Shown here piece by piece: positions 20,179 through 30,763 of a stretch of 64,000 nucleotides of DNA. Origin of the DNA: a virus (Duplodnaviria > Heunggongvirae > Uroviricota > Caudoviricetes). The stretch lies in IMG/VR virus record IMGVR_UViG_3300021400_001110; one strand, written 5' to 3'. The translations under genes and the position numbers were made by a program. Each line of letters starts with the position of its first letter. Positions within the stretch are counted from its first letter, which is position 1. The notes under the pieces were generated by a model. That model was not told the origin of the DNA and did no database searches. It saw only the letters and a list, made by a program, of their open reading frames with translations.

Positions 20179-20957
20179 TGGAAGTAACTCTTGAACAACT
20201 TATGCAGGGTAAAGGAACCCTTATTAAAAATAAAGAATATTGGCCAACTGAAGCTTATGTATCTCCTTTTATAAGGAGACTTGAGGCTATTGTAGAGAGA
20301 TTTGAAATTAAGGTGGAAACTCCATCTCAAATTACTCTTACTAAGGATGGGCAAATAAATACACAAGATATTACATATAATAGAGTATGGATTCAAGGAG
20401 TACTACCACAAGAATATAGAGTAGATAATCATGACGATGTAATTGGTATGGTATATGGATTAGATGTTCGTAAACCAATTGTAAAGTTCTACAGAGGGGG
20501 ACTGAATAGAGCTTGTACTAACTTATGTGTATTTAGTCCAGATTCTCTTAGTGCTAGAGAACTTAATCCCGAAGAAGCCATTGATTATCGTCCTTTAGAT
20601 ACTATGATTAAACAAGCTAACACTATTAAAGAATTCTTAGAGTCTTTACATAAAACTCAATTCTCTAGAGAAGCATCCAATCTTAATGAACATTTAGGAA
20701 TGTGGATGCGTAGGTCCTGGGCAATGGAATATGATAATGGAGTAACTAAAGCATCCATAGCAGCAAGTGTTGTAGAAGGAGCTTTCAAACTTCTTTTTGA
20801 AAAAGAGAGTTCTTCTTATTTCGTTCCTCGTGACCAAAATACTGATATGTTTAATGTGTATAATGCATTTACTGAACTTATCTCTAATGATAAGGATAAA
20901 GATATAATGAATAAAGTAGAAAAAACACTTCTGTTAAAAAGAATACTTGATGTATGA
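20178..20957 (+). CDS. hypothetical protein
   Basis: 259-aa ORF. Confidence 0.45.
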   Translation: MEVTLEQLMQGKGTLIKNKEYWPTEAYVSPFIRRLEAIVERFEIKVETPSQITLTKDGQINTQDITYNRVWIQGVLPQEYRVDNHDDVIGMVYGLDVRKPIVKFYRGGLNRACTNLCVFSPDSLSARELNPEEAIDYRPLDTMIKQANTIKEFLESLHKTQFSREASNLNEHLGMWMRRSWAMEYDNGVTKASIAASVVEGAFKLLFEKESSSYFVPRDQNTDMFNVYNAFTELISNDKDKDIMNKVEKTLLLKRILDV

Positions 20958-21274
20958 TAAACTTTATTATACTATACTTTTGTAATTTAGTACTTGATTA
21001 TCCATTACAAGGAGCATTTTTAGCAGAATATAAAGCAAAAAATAACTATATTTTATTTGTACACTCTGCTATTTGGGGACTAGGGTTGTCTATAGTTCTT
21101 ATGCTTATTGGGTTATTTGCATGGTGGAAGTTAATTATGCTTTTATTTGGGCATATGATTATAGATTATTGGAAGTGTAGAGGTATATATAAAAAATGGA
21201 AAATTAAGGATTGGACTTCATTATATATTGACCAAATGCTACATGTTGGACAAGTTATATTGTGCTTATTCTGA
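20954..21274 (+). CDS. small membrane protein
   Basis: 106 aa, 3 predicted TM helices. Confidence 0.4.
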   Translation: MINFIILYFCNLVLDYPLQGAFLAEYKAKNNYILFVHSAIWGLGLSIVLMLIGLFAWWKLIMLLFGHMIIDYWKCRGIYKKWKIKDWTSLYIDQMLHVGQVILCLF

Positions 21275-21323
21275 TCTTGCAGATTACTAAAAAATTAACT
21301 ATATTTAAAATTCATGCTTAAAT

Positions 21324-23033
21324 ATGGAAATAATGAAAGTAACTAATCGAGACGGAATTTTAGTAGAGTTTAACTCTGAAAAAGTAAAAGCAGCTATAGA
21401 AGCTGCATTTAAAGAAGCAGATGAAGAAGTTAATAAACTTATAATTGGAAAGATTTATAGTGATATATCATTCTGGGATGAAATGAATATTGAAGATATT
21501 CAAGACCAGATTGTTGAAGTTTTAACTAATTGGGGATATGATAATGTAGCAAGAGAATTTTTGTTCTATAGATGGAGCCATGAAAAAGCAAGAGAACTTG
21601 CACGTTCTAAGCAAGCCTTTATAAATAGATATAAGAATTCTTCCAATACTGCTAATGCAACTATTGATGATAATAGTAATGTTGGCACAAAGAATATTGG
21701 AGTATTAAATGCTGAAGGACATAAACAAGAAAATATTCTTGTCAGTCGAGTAATGATAAAAGACAAGTTAAAAGAACTTTATCCAGATTTTGATGCTAAA
21801 CAATATGTAAGAGACCTAAAAAGTCATATTATATATAAGCATGATGAATCTGGATTTATGGGAGCAATTGCACCTTATTGTTGTTCTATCAGTATGTATC
21901 CATTCTTACAAGGTGGAATCAAAGGAATAGGTGGTTTATCTGCTAAGCCTGAGAATATTGACAGTTATTGTGGAATGTATATTAATCTTATATTTGCAGT
22001 ATCTTCTCAATTTGCTGGAGCTGTAGCTACTCCAGAATTCTTATTATACTTTGACTATTTTGCACGTAAGCAATGGAAGGATGATTATTATTTGCATCCA
22101 GATGCTGTTACTACTACTGATATAGTAGCAAGAAAGATGACTATACGTAAGCAAATTCATCAGTATTTCCAACAGGTCATATATTCTATAAATCAACCTG
22201 CTGCAGCAAGAGGTATGCAAAGTGCTTTTGTCAATTTTGCTTATTTTGATAAACCTTTCTTTGAAAGTATGTTTAGCAATTTTATGTTTCCAGATATGAC
22301 TTCTCCTAAATGGGAAAGTCTAAACTGGTTGCAAAAAGAATTTATGCAATGGTTTAATAAAGAAAGAGAAAGATGTATTCTTACTTTCCCTGTAGAATCA
22401 TTTGCCCTAATTTATAAAGACGGAGAATTTGTTGATAAAGAAAATGCTGAATTTGTTGCTCAAGAGTATGCGAGGGGCCATAGCTTCTTTACTTACATCT
22501 CAGATACTGCGGACAGTCTATCCTCATGCTGTAGACTTAAGAATAAGGTGGATACTAAGGAGTTTAATTTCACTAATGGAAACATGGGTGTGGAGACAGG
22601 CTCAAAGAGTGTTATCACGCTTAACCTAAATAGAATTATTCAAGATTATAAAGTAGAATATTGTCAGAAATATGGAGCAGAAATTTATAAAACTGATCCA
22701 AAACAAAAGGAATATTTGAAAAATTATTTAAATAAAATTCTTGAAAGAGTATATAAATATCATATAGCGTATAATGAATGTCTATGGGATATGTATGAAG
22801 CTGGACTACTTCCAGTTTATTCTAATGGATTTATTTCTTTAAATAAGCAATATCTCACTATAGGTTTAAACGGACTTAATCAAGCCGCTGAATTTTTAGG
22901 AATTAAGTGTAACGTTAATCAAGATTATCAAGACTTCTGTCAAACTATCTTTGGTATCATAAAAGAGTCCAACACTAAAGCTAATGGTAAGTATTTTGGA
23001 CATAAAGTAACATTTAATACTGAATGTGTCCCT
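21324..23033 (+). CDS. nrdD: anaerobic ribonucleoside-triphosphate reductase NrdD, exon 1
   Basis: Class III RNR-like core (..GSKSVITLNLNRI.., ..FNTECVP..). Exon predicted to end at the T of the P codon at 23033; the track ORF reads on into the intron to TGA at 23130. Confidence 0.7.
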
Positions 23034-24063
23034 AGACTCAGTGGGGACGTTAAACCTCTATTGATTGACTTGGAAATCCCTAAGGGACAACAAGGCGCAA
23101 GCAGAAACATTTGTACGTTTCGTGCAGCGTGAACGACTAAGTATAGAGGCTCCTTAAGTTATTGTAGTGATACAATTCTTTTGGAAGGTGCGATAGTCTG
23201 AACTCTATGGTAACATAGAGAGGAAATTTGAAGAAATTTCCCATCCAAACTTGCTTTCTCGTAAAACACTTATTAAATTTGTTCTATGTAATAAATGAAA
23301 ATGTTATTTATAATTTTTATGAAAATGGAACAAGAAGTACGTAAGTGTTGTATTTGTGGAGCGTCAGTAGGAAATGGAACTGACAAAGTTTATAAATTTT
23401 CAGATGGAAATATGTATTGCAAGAAACATTATCTTCAGATGTATAGACATGGGCATATAATAGAGAGAACTATATATGATCCGAATGAATATATAGAATA
23501 TGAAGATTACGCTGAATGTATATGTTATGATAAATCTGGAAATGAGAAAGGAAGAGTAAAAATAGATCTAGATAAAGTTTCTTTACTAAAAAAGCATAAA
23601 GTGTACATAAGAAAGCAAAATGATAAAATTTATGCAGCAATTTCTATTGATAGTAAAAAAGTAATGCTTCATAGATATTTAATGGAAATAATTAATGAAG
23701 AATATTCTATTAATAAAGTTGTCGACCATATAAATGGAGATTCTTTAGATAATAGGATTTCTAATTTAAGAATTTGTACACATAAACAGAATATGCAAAA
23801 TATAAGAAAGAAAAATAAAATAGTAGGAGTATCTAAAAGTCCTAATAAAAATAATAGATGGATTGCAAGAATAATGCATGATTATAAAACTATTAATTTA
23901 GGATACTTTGATACCTATGCAGAGGCTGCTTTAGCTCGTATACAAAAAGAAAAAGAAATTTGTGGAGAGTATGGGCCTAACAAGGATTTATTTTACGTTT
24001 TGGATCTCCCTTCTCCATTGGAAGAATTACAAAAATTCGTTCCAGAAGGGGTGTAACAGAATG
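23034..24063 (+). mobile_element. group I-type self-splicing intron in nrdD carrying a homing endonuclease
   Basis: Interrupts NrdD between conserved ..FNTECVP and AESLAAKNY.. (gapless match to the E. coli block FSLYSTPSENLCDRF). Exon ends in U, intron ends in G (24063). Length 1030 = 1 mod 3, which restores the frame. Contains an independent HNH ORF. Confidence 0.6.
23295..24056 (+). CDS. HNH homing endonuclease with AP2-type DNA-binding domain (intron-encoded)
   Basis: HNH motif DHINGDSLDNRISNLRICTHKQN; AP2-like YKTINLGYFDTYAEAALA; Cys-rich N-terminus. Confidence 0.65.
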   Translation: MKMLFIIFMKMEQEVRKCCICGASVGNGTDKVYKFSDGNMYCKKHYLQMYRHGHIIERTIYDPNEYIEYEDYAECICYDKSGNEKGRVKIDLDKVSLLKKHKVYIRKQNDKIYAAISIDSKKVMLHRYLMEIINEEYSINKVVDHINGDSLDNRISNLRICTHKQNMQNIRKKNKIVGVSKSPNKNNRWIARIMHDYKTINLGYFDTYAEAALARIQKEKEICGEYGPNKDLFYVLDLPSPLEELQKFVPEGV

Positions 24064-24528
24064 GCTGAAAGTTTAGCTGCTAAGAATTATAATTGGGATA
24101 AAGCAGATGGATATTGGGTGCCTGATGATACCAATTTGTATGCATCTTATATATTTAAACCAAATGATAAATCTATAAGTATTCTTGACAAATTTGTATT
24201 ACATGGTAGAAATTATATAGGAGACTTCTTAGATGGAGGTAGTGCAGCTCACATTAATCTTGCTGACCATCCCAGCTATGAACAATGCAAGAAACTTATG
24301 AAGTTTGCTGCAGAAGAGGGATGTCAATATTTTACCTTTAATATTCCTAACTCTGAATGTCAAGATTGTGGATGGATTGGTAAACGTCCTACAGATACTT
24401 GTCCAAAGTGTGGTTCTCATCATATAGATCAATATGATAGAATTATTGGATATTTAACTAGAATAAAAAACTGGGCAGATGCTAGAAAAATAGAACAAAC
24501 AACTAGAGTATATAGTAAGGTCGACTAA
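24064..24528 (+). CDS. nrdD: anaerobic ribonucleotide reductase NrdD, exon 2 (Zn ribbon + glycyl-radical domain)
   Basis: CQDCGW...CPKCGS zinc ribbon; glycyl radical motif RIIGYL near the C-terminus. Confidence 0.75.
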   Translation, partial: AESLAAKNYNWDKADGYWVPDDTNLYASYIFKPNDKSISILDKFVLHGRNYIGDFLDGGSAAHINLADHPSYEQCKKLMKFAAEEGCQYFTFNIPNSECQDCGWIGKRPTDTCPKCGSHHIDQYDRIIGYLTRIKNWADARKIEQTTRVYSKVD

Positions 24529-24545
24529 TAGTCGGCCTTTTTTAT
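24519..24545 (+). terminator. rho-independent terminator
   Basis: ggtcgac-taata-gtcggcc hairpin plus T7, overlapping the nrdD stop. Confidence 0.5.
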
Positions 24546-24546
24546 T

Positions 24547-24801
24547 ATGTTAACAGCAAATAATGCACGATTAATAGCTACTGGAGAGATTTCTATAATA
24601 CTTCATAAGATAGAGGAGGCTGCTTATAATAGACAATTTGAACTATATCTTAATAAGCCTTTAAATGCTAGTATTGTAGAAACATTAAAAAATTTAGGTT
24701 ATAATGTAGAATATAAAGTAACTCCAGTATATTTAGAAACTCCCTATGGAATTGAAGATACACCTTCAAGTAACAAAGAAGAAACTAAAATATCTTGGTA
24801 A
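24547..24801 (+). CDS. hypothetical protein
   Basis: 84-aa ORF. Confidence 0.4.
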   Translation: MLTANNARLIATGEISIILHKIEEAAYNRQFELYLNKPLNASIVETLKNLGYNVEYKVTPVYLETPYGIEDTPSSNKEETKISW

Positions 24802-25202
24802 TGAAAATTGAAATATTAGAAACACAATCTTGTACTCCATATTACACGCTAACTGTGTATTATATGATAGGTGATGCCAATGGTAATATGCAGTTTAATA
24901 TAGATTTCGATGAATTAAATCCTTCATTAGAAAGATTATTAACAGCCTTAGTTAAATTAGGAGATTATCATCCTAAAGGACATTGGGGATGGATATTTGA
25001 TTTAGAACATTATGAATTAGCTATAGAAGATGGGGTTCTTACTAAGGAAGATGTTGAAGCTTTTAAAATAGAAAATGAAGAACTTGAATCTTGGGAAGTA
25101 ATAAGAAGTGAAGGAGAAGGATATTGGTTGTGTTATAAAGGTTATGGAGTAACCTATACAGATGAAACAGGACTAGAACATCCTTGTAATGTGATATTAT
25201 GA
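24795..25202 (+). CDS. hypothetical protein
   Basis: 135-aa ORF. Confidence 0.4.
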   Translation: MVMKIEILETQSCTPYYTLTVYYMIGDANGNMQFNIDFDELNPSLERLLTALVKLGDYHPKGHWGWIFDLEHYELAIEDGVLTKEDVEAFKIENEELESWEVIRSEGEGYWLCYKGYGVTYTDETGLEHPCNVIL

Positions 25203-25927
25203 AAATACTAATAATTCCTGATGTACATGGTAGGGCTTTTTGGAGGAAGCCTTGTGAAAAAGATTGGGACAAGATAGTTTTTCTTGGGGATTATGTAGAT
25301 CCATACCCAGGAGAAGCAGAACAATCTGATGTAATGTTCGAACTTATAGATATAGTAGAATTTAAAAGACAGAATCCAGATAAGGTAGTATTATTATGGG
25401 GAAATCATGATTGCTTTTATTGGTGTGATCCTTATAGGAGACACTTAGACTACTGGAGCAGACATGATAATTTACGACATAATGATATACAAGCCTTCTT
25501 TAGAGAAAATTTAGATAAGTTTCAATGGGCATATGAGCAAGATGGATTTTTATTTACACATGCTGGAGTTAATAATTCTATGGGTAAATTACTTGTAGAA
25601 GAATATGATACACTTAACGCAGATGTAATAAATGATTTCTTTAATAAGGAACAAAATCAAATGCTTCTTGCTATGATATCTTATTATAGAGGAGGTCCAG
25701 ATGACTTCAGTAGTATTATATGGGCAGATGTAAGAGAGCATTATGGAAAAACTCCTATAGACGCTCTTAAGGATTATTATCAAATATTTGGACATACATA
25801 TCTTATAAGAAATATAGTAACTAAGTGGTTTGCTATGCTAGATACTGGAGGTGGACTAGCTTATATAGAGGATGGAACACTTAAAGATTTGAATGGTAAT
25901 AAACTTAAAATTGAAAAATATGATTAA
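25199..25927 (+). CDS. calcineurin-like metallophosphoesterase (Ser/Thr phosphatase-like)
   Basis: PDVHGR, GDYVD, GNHD, GHT motifs. Confidence 0.65.
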   Translation: MKILIIPDVHGRAFWRKPCEKDWDKIVFLGDYVDPYPGEAEQSDVMFELIDIVEFKRQNPDKVVLLWGNHDCFYWCDPYRRHLDYWSRHDNLRHNDIQAFFRENLDKFQWAYEQDGFLFTHAGVNNSMGKLLVEEYDTLNADVINDFFNKEQNQMLLAMISYYRGGPDDFSSIIWADVREHYGKTPIDALKDYYQIFGHTYLIRNIVTKWFAMLDTGGGLAYIEDGTLKDLNGNKLKIEKYD

Positions 25928-26291
25928 AGGAATTGAAAGTTTTGAATCTAAACTACAGAAAGCTATTTTAGAATTTATAGCTACTAATGTAGATATGTCT
26001 GAAGATGTAGAAATTGAAGAAATAGATGATCATGTAATTAGTATAAATGATATAAATTTTTATGTAATTACAGACGCGGAGGAAAAAGGTATTTTAGCTG
26101 AATATAATAAAGAAAGATTTGATGCTTTCTTTGATAATCTTAATACCACACAACTTCAATATGTAAATGAAGATTTATGGGATGAAGATTATGCCTTTAC
26201 AGATTTTGAAGAGTGGTTACAAGAAGAAACTCAATGGACCGTAGATGATAAAGATTATTATGGTAATTATAATTTCTATGAAATTCACTGA
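25893..26291 (+). CDS. acidic hypothetical protein
   Basis: 132-aa ORF (alternative ATG at 25920). Confidence 0.4.
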   Translation: MVINLKLKNMIKGIESFESKLQKAILEFIATNVDMSEDVEIEEIDDHVISINDINFYVITDAEEKGILAEYNKERFDAFFDNLNTTQLQYVNEDLWDEDYAFTDFEEWLQEETQWTVDDKDYYGNYNFYEIH

Positions 26292-26748
26292 TTATGAAGT
26301 AGTTTTATCAGAAATACCTGATGAAATTACTCTTGCCATAAATATAAGTAACTGTCCTTATCATTGTCCAGGTTGTCATAGTCCTCATCTATGGAAAGAT
26401 ATTGGAACAGAAATGACTATAGGAAATCTTAAGGAGCTTATAGACAGAAATAAAGGAATTACTTGCGTAGCATTTATGGGAGGCCCTATAATGGAAGTGG
26501 CTACTGCTTCTTTTATTATACATTATTATTATCCCAAATTAAAAACTGCTTGGTATACTGGATCTTCTACACTTCCTATAGATTGGCATGATCTCGACTA
26601 TATAAAGATAGGTAGATATATAAAGGAACAAGGACCTCTAAATAATCCTAAAACTAACCAACGTTTATATAAAATAGATAAACTTACTTATCCAGGATTT
26701 AAAGGTATGGAAAATATAACTCCAAAATTATGGAAAAACATAAAATAA
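26278..26748 (+). CDS. nrdG: anaerobic RNR activating protein NrdG (radical SAM)
   Basis: CPYHCPGCHSPHLW (Cx3Cx2C) about 26 aa from the start; 157 aa, typical NrdG size. Start moved to ATG 26278 from track 26245. Confidence 0.6.
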   Translation: MKFTDYEVVLSEIPDEITLAINISNCPYHCPGCHSPHLWKDIGTEMTIGNLKELIDRNKGITCVAFMGGPIMEVATASFIIHYYYPKLKTAWYTGSSTLPIDWHDLDYIKIGRYIKEQGPLNNPKTNQRLYKIDKLTYPGFKGMENITPKLWKNIK

Positions 26749-27050
26749 TATACCCTATATATTTAGATGGAAGATATGAACCTCATATGCTTATTCCATT
26801 TACAAATAAGTGGGACGGACTAGGAGGTGAAGAATTACGTCCAGATCAACAAGAATTTATGTTTCCTGAATCTTATTACAGGGCTATAGGAAATGATCAT
26901 GACTTCCCTGATACTATAGATCCAGATGGAGGACCATTTATGTCTATAGGATATGAATTTAAAGATTTATATTCAGAGAAGAGATATAGAATAGATAAAT
27001 TTGATTGTCGTGGTAAATATCCAATACTCACATGCAGCAAATTGCAGTAA
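26730..27050 (+). CDS. hypothetical protein
   Basis: 106-aa ORF. Confidence 0.4.
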   Translation: MEKHKIIYPIYLDGRYEPHMLIPFTNKWDGLGGEELRPDQQEFMFPESYYRAIGNDHDFPDTIDPDGGPFMSIGYEFKDLYSEKRYRIDKFDCRGKYPILTCSKLQ

Positions 27051-27167
27051 TTGATTATGTGTTAGGATGTATAGATGTGTATACCATTTCAAAAGAGGAA
27101 GATCCTCAAGAATGGTTAGACAAGAATGAAAAAAGGAATCCTAATAGCTGTGAATGGATAGCAAGCG

Positions 27168-28595
27168 ATGGTATTTTACCTATTACTATTCATGCTTGAT
27201 TTTAGTAATTTATCAGTTAATAAGCCTAAGAAAAGGGATTTTGAGCTTGGAGAAGAACAACTCCAAGCTCTTTCTCTTATTAAGGACTTTATAAAGAACA
27301 GTAATGATACTGCTTTTTCTTTATGTGGTTCTGCTGGTACTGGTAAGACTACATTAGAAAAAGAAATAATAGATTATTTAAATGATGAATGGCTTGATTA
27401 TTCTTTATGTGCTCCAACTCATAAAGCTGCTCTAGTTATGCGCCAAACTACTAGAGAGGATGCTATTACTTTACACAAGTTACTATCTCTTTCACCAAAC
27501 GTGGAAATATTAGATCTTGACTTTAGAGAATTACAATTCAAAACTTCTAGAGTTGTAAATGCAATTATCCCAAAAAGTGTTATTATATGTGATGAGGCTT
27601 CTATGATAAATGATGATTTATTTGAACTTCTTATTCAGAAATGTAAAGATAAGAAAGCTAAAATTATCTTTTTAAGTGATAGTAAACAGCTTAATCCAGT
27701 AAAGAGTAGAAGATGTTCAAAAGTATATGATTTACCAAATCAGTTTGAACTGACTCATATATATAGACAAGACAAAGAAAGTGCCCTTACAGACCTCTTA
27801 CAGGCTCTTAGAGACCATAAACTTGGTCACTTGGACAGTAAGATTGCTGAGGCTGGAAGTCTTATTGTGACACCTAATATGACTGAATTTTTAGAAGCAG
27901 CTAAAGTCCAATTTTTAAAGGCTATAGATGAAAGGAATATTCTTCAAACCAAGATAGCTGCTTATACTAATACTCGAGTAGCATTATTTAATCAAGCTGT
28001 AAGGAAGTTCTTATGGAAAGATAATGCACCCTATCATAAAGGAGAGTTTCTAACTTCATATGAAAATGCAGATTTTGAAGGAACTATGTTCTATAATTCA
28101 ATGGATTATATTATAGATAATGATCCAGAAGAATCTGAATTTGATCTTCCACATTTCTGCTGTAAAGTAAAAGGATACTTGCTTGATTTATATGATTCTT
28201 ATGATAAATATTCTAAAGAGGTAATGATTCTTTCTAAGAATAATTCACAAGAACTATTTGAAAATTTAGCAGGTACTCTGGAGGCTATAAGATTTAAAGC
28301 TATAGAAGCTAAGCAATATAGTTCTTTTAAAGCTTCACTTTATTGGAAACAATATTATGAATTACTTCACAGTTTTGTAACTCCTCAAGCACTAGTTTAT
28401 GATGGAAGAGTAGTAAGAAAAAAATCTTTTGATTACGGATATGCTTCTACATCTCATAAGTTACAAGGTAGTTCGTATGAAAATATATTTGTAGACTTAC
28501 GTAATATAAATACCTGTTCTGATGAAGTTGTAAAAAGACAATTACAATATGTAGCTCTTTCAAGAACTAGACATGATGCTTATGTATTACAATGA
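27168..28595 (+). CDS. Dda/RecD-like SF1B DNA helicase
   Basis: Motif I GSAGTGKTT, motif II ICDEASM, motif V/VI TSHKLQGSSYENIFV. Confidence 0.7.
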   Translation: MVFYLLLFMLDFSNLSVNKPKKRDFELGEEQLQALSLIKDFIKNSNDTAFSLCGSAGTGKTTLEKEIIDYLNDEWLDYSLCAPTHKAALVMRQTTREDAITLHKLLSLSPNVEILDLDFRELQFKTSRVVNAIIPKSVIICDEASMINDDLFELLIQKCKDKKAKIIFLSDSKQLNPVKSRRCSKVYDLPNQFELTHIYRQDKESALTDLLQALRDHKLGHLDSKIAEAGSLIVTPNMTEFLEAAKVQFLKAIDERNILQTKIAAYTNTRVALFNQAVRKFLWKDNAPYHKGEFLTSYENADFEGTMFYNSMDYIIDNDPEESEFDLPHFCCKVKGYLLDLYDSYDKYSKEVMILSKNNSQELFENLAGTLEAIRFKAIEAKQYSSFKASLYWKQYYELLHSFVTPQALVYDGRVVRKKSFDYGYASTSHKLQGSSYENIFVDLRNINTCSDEVVKRQLQYVALSRTRHDAYVLQ

Positions 28596-28780
28596 TTGAA
28601 ATATTTACTCTTAATGTAAGTAAAGAAATATTAAATAAGTTTAAGGATTTGGAAATTCACTCATATTATGATAACTTTTGTACGCCAACAGCTATGATAT
28701 ATAAGAATAATAAGTTTATTAAATTAATAAATGAAGCTAATTATGCTAGAATTAACTCTTGTGTCCTCGAACTTAAATGA
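28592..28780 (+). CDS. hypothetical protein
   Basis: 62-aa ORF, ATGA overlap. Confidence 0.3.
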   Translation: MIEIFTLNVSKEILNKFKDLEIHSYYDNFCTPTAMIYKNNKFIKLINEANYARINSCVLELK

Positions 28781-29024
28781 TGAAAAACATGTACTAGAAT
28801 CGCAAATAATTGATAAATTTTATTTTGATTTTATTGATTCTAATAGTGCTTACACAAAGAAAAAAGCTTATACAATAAAAACAGATTGGGGAGCTAAAAA
28901 GGAACCTTTTTGTCTCGTAAAAATTGGAGATAAAGTACTTAGAAGTTTTTATTCAGAAGATTCAAATAAAGTTATAGATGATGCATTAGAGTTTATAAAG
29001 AGTTTAAAAGAAACTTATGATTGA
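28731..29024 (+). CDS. hypothetical protein
   Basis: 97-aa ORF. Confidence 0.35.
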   Translation: MKLIMLELTLVSSNLNDEKHVLESQIIDKFYFDFIDSNSAYTKKKAYTIKTDWGAKKEPFCLVKIGDKVLRSFYSEDSNKVIDDALEFIKSLKETYD

Positions 29025-29451
29025 TGTAAAAGTATTAAAAACGGGAGGTTATACAGAACTTCCAAAATATGAGACACCTAATAGTGCAGGTCTAGATTTA
29101 AGAAGTACAAAAATGGTAATACTTAAGCCCCATAGTAGAGCTCTTATTCCAACTGGATTGTTTATAGCTCTTCCTGAAGGTTATGAAGCCCAGATTAGGC
29201 CTCGTAGTGGACTTGCTCTTAAGAAAGGAATTACTGTACTTAATACTCCTGGCACTGTAGATGCTGATTACAGGGGAGAAGTGGGAGTTATTTTATTTAA
29301 TACTACTAATGAAGACTTTATAGTTAATACAGGTGATAGAATAGCTCAAATGGTTATAAATAAAGTTGAACAGCTTAATTGGGTAGAAGTAGAAGAGTTA
29401 GATGAGACAGAGCGTGGAGATGGTGGATTTGGACATACTCAAGTAAAATGA
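29017..29451 (+). CDS. dut: dUTP diphosphatase (trimeric dUTPase)
   Basis: Motifs [30 protein letters not shown]. Confidence 0.85.
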   Translation: MIDVKVLKTGGYTELPKYETPNSAGLDLRSTKMVILKPHSRALIPTGLFIALPEGYEAQIRPRSGLALKKGITVLNTPGTVDADYRGEVGVILFNTTNEDFIVNTGDRIAQMVINKVEQLNWVEVEELDETERGDGGFGHTQVK

Positions 29452-29753
29452 GTACTTTAGAAGAATATAAGGAAGATTATCTAAAATGTTATAAAGAACA
29501 AGGATGTAAGTTCATTGTCCTTAAAATGGAGGACTTAATGAAAAGTATTAATGATTGGTCCCAATGGGATCAGTTACAAAATATACTAATTAATTATAAT
29601 AACTTTAGAGAATCAATAGGTAAAGGTATTAATAAATACTACGTAATTAATAGAGATGAATGTCCTAACATAAAAAGTGGAGATGATTTTGTTAATCTTT
29701 TACATAAAATAAATGATAATTATGAAGAAATTTCAAGAACTTATTTCGGATAA
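29448..29753 (+). CDS. hypothetical protein
   Basis: 101-aa ORF, ATGA overlap. Confidence 0.4.
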   Translation: MSTLEEYKEDYLKCYKEQGCKFIVLKMEDLMKSINDWSQWDQLQNILINYNNFRESIGKGINKYYVINRDECPNIKSGDDFVNLLHKINDNYEEISRTYFG

Positions 29754-30045
29754 TACAAGTGCTTCATTGAAGCGTCGTGCAGCTCAAATTGCAACAAGTG
29801 CAGAAATTGCTCAACAGAATTTAGTTAATGCTCTTAAACAAGAAAAGACTAATGTAGAATTAAAGATCGCAGCTCTTACTGACTTAGCTCCAGATTCTAC
29901 AGAGTCACTTCGTCCTGGTAGTAAGGATTGGGATGCAGTAAATTGGGTAAAGGACTTACAAAATGCTAAACAAGAGCTATATCAAATTGAAATTCAATTA
30001 AAGTTAGCACAGGAAACCTTTGACGAATATTTTAGTGAGCAATGA
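29713..30045 (+). CDS. hypothetical coiled-coil protein
   Basis: 110-aa ORF. Confidence 0.4.
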   Translation: MIIMKKFQELISDNTSASLKRRAAQIATSAEIAQQNLVNALKQEKTNVELKIAALTDLAPDSTESLRPGSKDWDAVNWVKDLQNAKQELYQIEIQLKLAQETFDEYFSEQ

Positions 30046-30464
30046 ACTGTATAAGTTGTGATAAAGAATATATAACTGCCCGATATGAATATCTAAGAGA
30101 TCATATGAAGGGAACTCCCAGACTAAATATTTTTGGAATCGATAGTTGGGCAGAACCTTGGGGATTTGGTAGACAATTTAAATCAGAAGTTGATAAGATA
30201 TATAAAGAAGCTTTTAAAATAATATTTGATGATGAAACAAATTCTATTTCAGATGATGAATACTCAGATGCTATTATAATTGCTTTAAAAACCGATACAG
30301 AGACGGGAATAATATGGATATCTGAAGATGAAGAGTTACTTAAAGAGAATATGGAAGATTTATTTAATGCAGAAGTAATAAGTAAGAAATCTCCAGTTAA
30401 TATTCCAGCTTCTCCAAAGAAACCAGATAATCTTGTTATTAATAGAATGAATTTATTTAAGTAA
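30042..30464 (+). CDS. hypothetical protein
   Basis: 140-aa ORF. Confidence 0.4.
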   Translation: MNCISCDKEYITARYEYLRDHMKGTPRLNIFGIDSWAEPWGFGRQFKSEVDKIYKEAFKIIFDDETNSISDDEYSDAIIIALKTDTETGIIWISEDEELLKENMEDLFNAEVISKKSPVNIPASPKKPDNLVINRMNLFK

Positions 30465-30763
30465 TGGACAAAAATTTATTTGTAACTGGATTAAATACTT
30501 ATATTAAAGGTATAAAATTCTTAGAAGACTTGGATGATATAGGATTGGACTTGTATGAATCTCCATTATCTACAAGCAATGATTCTTTATTTGATATATG
30601 GATTAATACATTTGTAACCGAGGATGGATCAGATTTAATTTACTGGTGGTTATTTGAAGACGTAGATAAGGTAATATATAAAGATGATAAAATAATAGCT
30701 ACCTTAGAAACGGTAGAAGATTTATTTGATTATATGTTATCTAATAACTATTTTATAGCATGA
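30464..30763 (+). CDS. hypothetical protein
   Basis: 99-aa acidic ORF. Confidence 0.4.
   Translation: MDKNLFVTGLNTYIKGIKFLEDLDDIGLDLYESPLSTSNDSLFDIWINTFVTEDGSDLIYWWLFEDVDKVIYKDDKIIATLETVEDLFDYMLSNNYFIA

Noticed and set aside
23034-24063. Intein interrupting NrdD
   Set aside because: The HNH ORF is in a different frame with its own start and stop. Stops occur in the NrdD frame within the insert. The insert length is 1 mod 3 with U/G boundaries, as expected for an RNA intron.
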